6,681 bases of DNA, taken from the IMG/VR virus record IMGVR_UViG_3300005515_000473, positions 1 to 6,681 of that record. One strand, 5' to 3'. Positions 1 to 4,841 of the stretch are shown here, one piece after another (within the stretch, counting starts at the first letter, position 1; each line of letters starts with the position of its first letter). The stretch is from a virus. The notes beneath the pieces were generated by a model. That model had not been told where the DNA came from and made no database searches. It saw only the letters and a program-made list of their open reading frames with translations. The position numbers were made by a program, and so were the translations under genes.

Positions 1-120
1 TGGATTTCTTAGCTTGTTGCAGGCTCAAATGCACCAGGTACAAACAGCCGTTTAATCCATGCAGCCATTGCCCAGCGTAGGGCACGGCGGCGACGTCGCG
101 TATTTGACATAATATAGATT
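1..120. repeat. Terminal direct repeat, left copy (identical to 6562-6681); marks circular closure or a tandem junction of a 6561-nt unit
   Basis: Base-by-base comparison shows 1-120 equals 6562-6681 exactly. Both copies run up to the window edges, so this is an overlap rather than a bounded att repeat. Confidence 0.95.
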
Positions 121-491
121 CGTTCGGACTGCGGCTTCGAAGTAGGGCTGTAGGTACGGGCTTCCGCATTTTGCGGTGTCAAAAATCCAGTGACACCGAC
201 AGCCATAACTGCGCTAGCGGCCATCGCTGCCGTACGGCTCATAAAAACCGACCAGAGGGAGCTTTGTCCGGAGCGCTCGGCTCGATCTATGTCGGCGGCC
301 ATGATGACTTTGAGCGGGTCAATTTCGAGCGTTAGCGCAACTGCGAGGCACATCTCGTTTTCCATGATGCGTGCACCGCTCTTGTATTGACTAATGGCCG
401 CTTTCGTCACTCCGAAATGGTCGGCCAGCTCTTTGTCTGCATGAAGGCCAAGTTTGCTTTTGACCTGGTCGAGATATTGTGCGCTTTTCAT
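9..491 (-). CDS. Phage repressor, XRE/Cro-CI-type helix-turn-helix N-terminal domain; the C-terminal part has a hydrophobic segment and an Arg-run tail
   Basis: 160-aa ORF. The N-terminus DKELADHFGVTKAAISQYKSG (about nt 375-437) is a classic HTH_3-type motif. SD GAGG lies 6 nt upstream of the ATG (plus-strand CCTC 498-501). The ATG overlaps the upstream gene stop (ATGA). A minus-strand intrinsic terminator lies about 25 nt past the stop in circular coordinates. No S24 peptidase motifs are visible. Confidence 0.85.
   Translation of the reverse strand: MKSAQYLDQVKSKLGLHADKELADHFGVTKAAISQYKSGARIMENEMCLAVALTLEIDPLKVIMAADIDRAERSGQSSLWSVFMSRTAAMAASAVMAVGVTGFLTPQNAEARTYSPTSKPQSERIYIMSNTRRRRRALRWAMAAWIKRLFVPGAFEPATS
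102..129 (-). other. dif-like site (candidate attP for host XerCD): good XerD arm and central region, poor XerC arm
   Basis: The minus strand reads GTCCGAACGAA TCTATA TTATGTCAAAT. Against E. coli dif GGTGCGCATAA TGTATA TTATGTTAAAT, the central region plus XerD arm match 15/17, while the XerC arm matches only 3/11. No integrase is encoded. The core is duplicated at 6663-6679. Confidence 0.5.
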
Positions 492-847
492 TTTTGTCCT
501 CTTGTGAGGCGTTCCGTTTCTAATGGCCTGTTCGTCTGCTTTAGCCGTTGTAGCTCTTGTAATTGAGCTTTTTCCAATCGTAGCTTTTCTTCCGGCAGCG
601 ATTTCTTTTCCAGCTGTTGCCGCCTTAGTTCTTCAAGCTTCTTTTGCTGAAGCGCTTCAAGAGCTGGAGCAGGCTTTCTTACTTCAATGTCGGCTATCGC
701 GCCTCTAGTTGCAACGAAGGGTTGTTCGCACTCTTCGTTAGTCACAATCTTGCGTCCGTCTGGCGCTTGGCAAACATGTATTTCCGCGCGCGCGAGTGGT
801 GTGATTGTGGCAACAAATAGGAAAACCGCTATTTTTCCACTTGACAA
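488..847 (-). CDS. Secreted small protein: Sec signal peptide, Cys-containing DUF4124-like N-terminal motif, E/K/Q/L-rich coiled-coil C-terminus
   Basis: 119-aa ORF with a TTG start at 845-847, GGAG 6 nt upstream (plus CTCC 854-857) and an in-frame TAA just before it. The signal peptide MSSGKIAVFLFVATITPLARA has an A-X-A cleavage motif. IHVCQAPDGRKIVTNEECEQP resembles the DUF4124 pattern as I recall it. The C-terminal part shows heptad-like repeats. The TGA stop overlaps the repressor ATG. Confidence 0.7.
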   Translation of the reverse strand: MSSGKIAVFLFVATITPLARAEIHVCQAPDGRKIVTNEECEQPFVATRGAIADIEVRKPAPALEALQQKKLEELRRQQLEKKSLPEEKLRLEKAQLQELQRLKQTNRPLETERLTRGQK

Positions 848-869
848 TTAACGCTCCGTTAACTAAGGT
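841..869 (+). promoter_or_regulatory. Candidate sigma70 promoter for the plus-strand replication and structural operon
   Basis: TTGACA (841-846), a 17-bp spacer, then TAAGGT (864-869). It sits just upstream of the first plus-strand ORF, with a CGTTAACT motif in the spacer. Confidence 0.55.
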
Positions 870-900
870 TCACGCATCGTTAACTTAACACTGCGTGAAC
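868..900. promoter_or_regulatory. 33-bp near-perfect palindrome, candidate operator of the lysis/lysogeny switch
   Basis: The sequence is GTTCACGCA tc GTTAA c TTAAC ac TGCGTGAAC. Arms 868-876 and 892-900 are perfectly complementary, as are the inner arms 879-883 and 885-889. It lies between the -10 elements of both candidate promoters. Confidence 0.6.
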
Positions 901-1134
901 TGCATGAATCGTATTGGTTTACCGGCAACAGGTCAACAGGACTTTCTCTCCAATTGTCACAATGTGGCTCAGCGTGTACGCGCTCATGCCGCTGCCGGTA
1001 ACCGCGTGACCTGGTGGATGGACCAGGAGCGCGCCGAACTGCGTAAGGAGCCGGCCTGGCGCCAGGTGTTCGACCATTTGGCCGAGGCACATACCGGCGC
1101 GGCGGTTGCGGCCTTTCTCGGAGTTTCGAAGTGA
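895..1134 (+). CDS. Hypothetical 79-aa protein (76 aa if it starts at ATG 904), first gene of the plus-strand operon; possible early regulator
   Basis: It is the only sensible plus-strand ORF between the switch region and rep, and its amino-acid composition is balanced. Its TGA (1132-1134) overlaps the rep start (GTGATG), which implies coupling. No clear SD and no recognisable domain. Confidence 0.45.
   Translation: MNCMNRIGLPATGQQDFLSNCHNVAQRVRAHAAAGNRVTWWMDQERAELRKEPAWRQVFDHLAEAHTGAAVAAFLGVSK
908..936 (-). promoter_or_regulatory. Candidate sigma70 promoter for the minus-strand secreted-protein and repressor operon
   Basis: The minus strand reads TTGACC (plus 936-931), a 17-nt spacer, then TACGAT (plus 913-908). 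The predicted start near 900 would put the whole palindrome in the 5' leader. Confidence 0.45.
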
Positions 1135-2201
1135 TGGGCCAGAGCGGCGCAGCCGCCGCCCGAAGCCGAGCCCTGCGAGGCGAGGGGGGCGGCGTAGCCG
1201 CTTCACCCCGTACTGTAAAACGGGGTGAAAGTCCCAGCAGGACCGCTGACAGCGGCGTCATCGTTGACTGGCTCCGTTTTACCTTCCTACCTTCCGGGCC
1301 GATCTCTCATGCCCTGGAACAGTTGTCCCTCTATTTCAAGCTCTGGTTTCCGATCCAGGTGACGATGGTGCAGAGCAAGCGGGGCCTTCACGGCTATCAG
1401 GCGAGTCACGATGTGATGGCGCTGATCGATGGCGAGGCGGTGCGGCTGGCGATTGTGGCCTGTGGTGGCGATAACGTCGGCGGCACGATGTGTGTCGATC
1501 TGAGCGGTACAGGTTGTGCGGTGGTCGAAGACTGGCAAGCGGTCTATGCGACGTTGCAGGACCTCGATGCGCGAATCACCAGGTGCGATTTGGCGGTGGA
1601 CTTCCTGGATGGCCAGTACTCCCTGGAGCAAGTTGAGGACATGTATTTCGCCGGGCAGTTCAATGCTGGCGGTCGCATTCCGAAGTATTACCGGCACGAA
1701 GGAGGGGACTTGAATTCACGTGGCTGTTTGGGCAGGACGTTTGAAATTGGGCGTCGTGCCTCGGGCAAGCTGGTGCGGGCCTACGAGAAGGGCAAGCAGC
1801 TTGGTAACCAGGAGAGCAATTGGCTCCGGATCGAGATCGAGTTGCACAACAAGAATCGCGTCATTCCGCATGACGTGATCTTGAAGACTGCCGAATATTT
1901 CGCGGGGGCTCATAAGGCGCTGGAAGGCTTCATTGATGCGGCTTCCCGCAAGATTCCTACGCTGCAGAGGCAACATGAAGACGAGTTGACCCGAAGGGTG
2001 CGCCATATGCGCAACCAGTACGGCAAGACGCTCGATCAGGCCTGCAAGTTCTATGACGAAGATTTCGCCGCATTGATAGCTGATATCAGGGTGACGGGCA
2101 TCCCGGCATCGATGCATAAAACCGCCTTGGCAAGGCACGTGTACGGCCCTCACGACCCAGGGCCGAATGATGAAGGGGTATCACATGGAAATGCTGGCTA
2201 A
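1131..2201 (+). CDS. Rolling-circle replication initiation protein, Rep_trans (PF02486) / RstA-like family (inovirus gII equivalent)
   Basis: 356-aa ORF with family-typical motifs: VDWLRFTF, RCDLAVDF, VRAYEKGKQ (candidate catalytic Tyr) and WLRIEIEL. GGAG (1120-1123) lies 7 nt before GTG 1131 and 10 nt before ATG 1134. There is no alternative start between 1134 and the DWLRFTF motif. Confidence 0.9.
   Translation: MMGQSGAAAARSRALRGEGGGVAASPRTVKRGESPSRTADSGVIVDWLRFTFLPSGPISHALEQLSLYFKLWFPIQVTMVQSKRGLHGYQASHDVMALIDGEAVRLAIVACGGDNVGGTMCVDLSGTGCAVVEDWQAVYATLQDLDARITRCDLAVDFLDGQYSLEQVEDMYFAGQFNAGGRIPKYYRHEGGDLNSRGCLGRTFEIGRRASGKLVRAYEKGKQLGNQESNWLRIEIELHNKNRVIPHDVILKTAEYFAGAHKALEGFIDAASRKIPTLQRQHEDELTRRVRHMRNQYGKTLDQACKFYDEDFAALIADIRVTGIPASMHKTALARHVYGPHDPGPNDEGVSHGNAG
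1202..1229 (+). other. Perfect 10-bp GC-rich hairpin inside the rep 5' coding region
   Basis: TTCACCCCGT (1202-1211) pairs with ACGGGGTGAA (1220-1229) around the 8-nt loop ACTGTAAA. A second small hairpin, CCGCT gac AGCGG, follows at 1243-1255. Confidence 0.6.
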
Positions 2202-2496
2202 GGTCACTATTCGCGGCGCTAAGCTGTTTCGCGGCAATCTCGATGGCAAGGACATCGACAGCGGCAAGATCTTCACGGATGTGGAGTTGAGCGGGGAAAA
2301 CTCTTGGGGCGTCTGCACCCAGGAGATGAAGTGCGAAGGCTCGAAGCTGATCGATGGCATCAAGCACAACAGCTTCCCCTTCATCGCGGAGATCGGCGTC
2401 GTTCAGAAGAGTACTGGTAGCAAGACGTCGATGGTTGTTACGAGCATTAAGCCGCTGCAGCGCGAAGCTGGTAAGCAGGCTCCGGCGGCTGCTTAA
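2185..2496 (+). CDS. Candidate ssDNA-binding protein (gV equivalent)
   Basis: About 103 aa, immediately after rep and overlapping its end, as in other inoviruses. SD GAAGGGG (2172-2178) lies 6 nt before ATG 2185. The call rests on position and size only; ATG 2167 and 2191 are alternative starts. Confidence 0.5.
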   Translation: MEMLAKVTIRGAKLFRGNLDGKDIDSGKIFTDVELSGENSWGVCTQEMKCEGSKLIDGIKHNSFPFIAEIGVVQKSTGSKTSMVVTSIKPLQREAGKQAPAAA

Positions 2497-2498
2497 AC

Positions 2499-2753
2499 AT
2501 GGGGGTCTGTGCGAAGGTGGTGCGGCAGGATGATGGCACGTTACTGCTTGCGCTTGACCCCTCTGTGACGGATATCTCCACGTGCGCCTACGTGGTTGAT
2601 TCGGGTGCGAGTAATGCTTGGCGCGAGCTGGGCAATATGAGCATTCGGGATGCCGAAGTGATTAGCCTGAACGTTGGTTGGGTTTGGGCGGTCGCTTGGG
2701 GATGGAAGGCGATTTCGAGAGCAATCTCTATCAAACATGAAGACAAGGAGTAA
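2499..2753 (+). CDS. Small protein with a Trp-rich C-terminal hydrophobic segment; candidate minor virion or morphogenesis protein
   Basis: 84-aa ORF packed between the ssDNA-binding candidate (stop 2494-2496) and the coat gene. The segment VISLNVGWVWAVAWGWKAI looks like a membrane anchor. No family recognised. Confidence 0.5.
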   Translation: MGVCAKVVRQDDGTLLLALDPSVTDISTCAYVVDSGASNAWRELGNMSIRDAEVISLNVGWVWAVAWGWKAISRAISIKHEDKE

Positions 2754-2755
2754 CC

Positions 2756-2965
2756 ATGGATAAGTTTCTGAAGCGTGTTGCAGGTGTGGCGGTTGCTGGT
2801 GCGGCTGCTGCATCCACTTCCGCTTACGCGGCTGACGGGATCGACACCACGACCATTATTGCTGCCATCACCGCTGCCGGTGCTGCTGCTGTGGTGGTCG
2901 GTGCTGCATACACCGGTGTGGTCGCAAGCATCAAGGCGTTCAAGCTGATTCGTTCCGCGATGTAA
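2756..2965 (+). CDS. Major coat protein (g8p equivalent) precursor
   Basis: 69 aa. The signal peptide MDKFLKRVAGVAVAGAAAASTSAYA ends in an A-X-A site. The mature 44-aa peptide has an acidic N-terminus (ADGID), an Ala/Gly/Val hydrophobic core and a basic C-terminus (KAFKLIRSAM), similar to my recollection of the Xf coat ending KWVRRAM. Strong SD AAGGAG (2745-2750) lies 5 nt before the ATG, and a terminator follows. Confidence 0.9.
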   Translation: MDKFLKRVAGVAVAGAAAASTSAYAADGIDTTTIIAAITAAGAAAVVVGAAYTGVVASIKAFKLIRSAM

Positions 2966-2986
2966 GGGCTAGCGCTTTGACGTTCT

Positions 2987-3013
2987 AAGGGGCGCTTTTG
3001 CGCTCCTTTTTTT
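2987..3013 (+). terminator. Rho-independent terminator after the major coat gene
   Basis: AAGGGGCGC (2987-2995), loop TTTT, then GCGCTCCTT (3000-3008) give a 9-bp stem with one G-U pair, running into a T7 tract (3007-3013). A terminator after g8 is the classic Ff arrangement. Confidence 0.8.
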
Positions 3014-3090
3014 ATGGAGTGAGGTATGGGGCTTATTGTGCTGGTGACCTACTTGGGCGTGTGGTGGATTCTCTTTTCGGACTGATCGTG

Positions 3091-4533
3091 ATGCGGAAAT
3101 TATTTATATCGTTTTTGCTGCTGTTCGTTGCCGGGGCGGCGTCGGCTGAGACTGTCTGGTATCACTACAACTTCCCGAACGATACCTTTTCTTCTTCGCC
3201 GTCGGCATCGTGCGCATTAGGTATTGCGAAGATGTCCGGCAAGACGTCGACCGGCGCGTCTCAGGCTGCGAATGGTAGCTATGACTGTAATTGTTCTTGG
3301 AAGGCTTATCCGGGCGCTCCTGACACGTTTGGTTCCTGTGGTCAGGCGACGTCTACGACAAAGGCAAGTTGCGCTGTTGGTGATGAGCGGAAGCCTGATG
3401 GGTCTTGTGGCCCTCCGCCGCCAAAGCCTTGTAACACTCCCGCAGGCCAGCCTGTTAGCTGGGCGGGTTATGTGGGTCATTCGGCTAGTTCCAGCGCCAA
3501 TATGCCGGATGGCGGCGGTAGCGGTTTGCCGGGTCAATCTGATTCGTGCGGGATTGCGGGTGGCACGCCGGATAGTGTTGGTAAGTGCTATGCCACTCCG
3601 GCTGCTGGTGGTGGTCAGGACTTCTGGTGCAACTACACCGGTACATCCAATGGTCAGCAAGCTACTCCGTCAAGCGGCACGCCTAAGCCTCCTGGTGATG
3701 GAACTCCTTCCAAGCCTACAGGTATGCCTCCGTCGAAGGCTGGCCCCTCTGGCGGTTGTCCTGCTGGAACGACTCAAGGGGGCGTATCGCCTGACGGTAT
3801 GGCGGTGTGTGTCGGTTCTGGAACGAATCCGACGGGCGCTAATGGTGGGGCGGCTGGTGATGCGAATCCTACGACTTCCACTACTACTAAGTCGGTCGAT
3901 GCTAATGGTAATCCGGTCGAGACAACGAGAGAGACTCGCCCGAATGGTGATGGGTCTACTACGACTAAGACGACTGAGAAGACAACTAATCCGGATGGCA
4001 GCACTTCGACTACTACTAAGACGGTTACCGGTTTAGATCCGAATGGAAAGCAGGGCCAGCCTGACAAGCCTGATACCGATTTTTGTCGCCTTCATCCTGA
4101 GCTGAACATGTGTCGCAATTCGTCTATTTCCGGCCAGTGCGGGCAGATTAGCTGCATGGGTGATGCAATCCAGTGCGCGACCTTGCGCGAAGCTGCGACG
4201 ATTCAGTGTCGTCAGAAAGAGGCTGAGGATGCAATTAAAGCTAGTCCTCAGTACACGTTGGGTAACGCTGCTGGCAATGGTAATGATCCTGAAAAGGGAA
4301 GCTTGCCAGCACCTGGAAACGGCACGACTGTTGATGTTTCGGCGCTTAGTGCTGATGGCTGGTTGGGCGGTGGCGCACCCATTGAAGATGTGTCTGTGGA
4401 GTTTCAGGGTCAGTCGATTGTGATCCCCTTTTCTAAGGCTGCTAGTGCATTGATCGTGTTGCGGTACGCATTGATGGTGGCGGCTTCTCTTATTTCCTTC
4501 CGCATCCTGTCGGGTGCAGTTCTTGGGAGCTAA
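3091..4533 (+). CDS. Minor coat / adsorption protein (g3p equivalent)
   Basis: 480 aa from ATG 3091. It has the signal peptide MRKLFISFLLLFVAGAASA, a Cys-rich N-terminal region, Pro/Gly/Ser and Thr-rich linkers (PPPPKP; TPKPPGDGTPSKPTGMPPSK; STTTKT-type repeats), a Cys-rich C-terminal domain and a C-terminal membrane anchor (ALIVLRYALMVAASLISFRIL). It sits between the coat gene and the g6-like gene. Confidence 0.8.
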   Translation: MRKLFISFLLLFVAGAASAETVWYHYNFPNDTFSSSPSASCALGIAKMSGKTSTGASQAANGSYDCNCSWKAYPGAPDTFGSCGQATSTTKASCAVGDERKPDGSCGPPPPKPCNTPAGQPVSWAGYVGHSASSSANMPDGGGSGLPGQSDSCGIAGGTPDSVGKCYATPAAGGGQDFWCNYTGTSNGQQATPSSGTPKPPGDGTPSKPTGMPPSKAGPSGGCPAGTTQGGVSPDGMAVCVGSGTNPTGANGGAAGDANPTTSTTTKSVDANGNPVETTRETRPNGDGSTTTKTTEKTTNPDGSTSTTTKTVTGLDPNGKQGQPDKPDTDFCRLHPELNMCRNSSISGQCGQISCMGDAIQCATLREAATIQCRQKEAEDAIKASPQYTLGNAAGNGNDPEKGSLPAPGNGTTVDVSALSADGWLGGGAPIEDVSVEFQGQSIVIPFSKAASALIVLRYALMVAASLISFRILSGAVLGS

Positions 4534-4536
4534 ATC

Positions 4537-4839
4537 ATGCCTTTGCTCTATGCGCTTGGCGGTTTGTTGTTGCGGTTGACCGGGCCGCTGGTTGGTCGTG
4601 TGTTGCTTGCACTTGGTCTTACCTTTGTGACGTTTAAAGGTGTGAATGCCGGTATTGACTGGTTGCTCGTTCAGATCAAGTCGAATATGAGTGCGATGCC
4701 AGCCCAGGCATTGCAGCTTCTGGGTTATCTGTGGGTCGATAAGGCCATAAGTATGATGTTCTCTGCCTATGCGGCGGCTTCGGTCATCAAGATGGCTGGC
4801 AGTGCGACGTTTACGCGGCTTGTGACTAAGGGGGCGTAG
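4537..4839 (+). CDS. Minor coat membrane protein (g6p equivalent; DUF2523-like)
   Basis: 100 aa, strongly hydrophobic with several predicted helices. SD GGGAG (4525-4529) lies 7 nt before the ATG. Its position between g3-like and zot-like genes is typical of Xanthomonas/Ralstonia-type inoviruses. Confidence 0.7.
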   Translation: MPLLYALGGLLLRLTGPLVGRVLLALGLTFVTFKGVNAGIDWLLVQIKSNMSAMPAQALQLLGYLWVDKAISMMFSAYAAASVIKMAGSATFTRLVTKGA

Positions 4840-4841
4840 GC

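Noticed and set aside
104-109. TTGACA hexamer as a plus-strand promoter -35
   Set aside because: No acceptable -10 lies 16-18 bp downstream. The hexamer is better explained as part of the dif-like XerD arm read on the other strand.
1-120. The 120-nt direct repeats as attL/attR prophage boundaries
   Set aside because: Both copies end exactly at the window edges, so their extent is set by the window or assembly and not by biology. They contain gene ends rather than a short core site. Circular overlap or a tandem copy is the simpler reading.
190-708. Plus-strand ORFs 190-390 and 523-708, antisense to the repressor and the secreted-protein gene
   Set aside because: They are short, lack an SD and have low-complexity products. 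The opposite-strand genes have an HTH motif, a signal peptide, SDs and coupling.
1100-1140. Programmed -1 frameshift fusing the 79-aa ORF to Rep
   Set aside because: The frames are compatible, but there is no X XXY YYZ slippery heptamer near the stop, and the strong hairpin lies about 70 nt downstream, too far to act as a stimulator. Simple stop-start coupling (GTGATG) explains the overlap.
863-1261. 132-aa and 95-aa (919-1206) minus-strand ORFs across the switch and rep 5' region
   Set aside because: These are Pro/Arg/Ala-rich artefacts of the GC-rich stretch. They would run through both promoter candidates and lack an SD.
1287-2384. Minus-strand ORFs 1287-1697, 1716-2153, 2086-2367 and 2181-2384, and plus-strand ORF 1516-1713
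   Set aside because: All are antisense or off-frame to the well-supported Rep and ssDNA-binding-candidate genes, with no motifs or ribosome-binding sites.
2998-3090. N-terminal extension of the g3p ORF to a TTG at 2998
   Set aside because: That start lies inside the coat-gene terminator hairpin and would put 31 residues ahead of an obvious signal peptide. ATG 3091 gives a canonical MRK-hydrophobic-ASA signal sequence.
3224-4036. 270-aa plus-strand ORF in an alternative frame inside the g3p-like gene, plus minus-strand ORFs 3217-3660 and 3774-4067
   Set aside because: The translations are extremely Arg/Leu/Val-rich low-complexity sequence with no SD or motifs. This is typical of off-frame reading of a biased coding region, and the g3p frame has clear signal peptide, linker and anchor logic.
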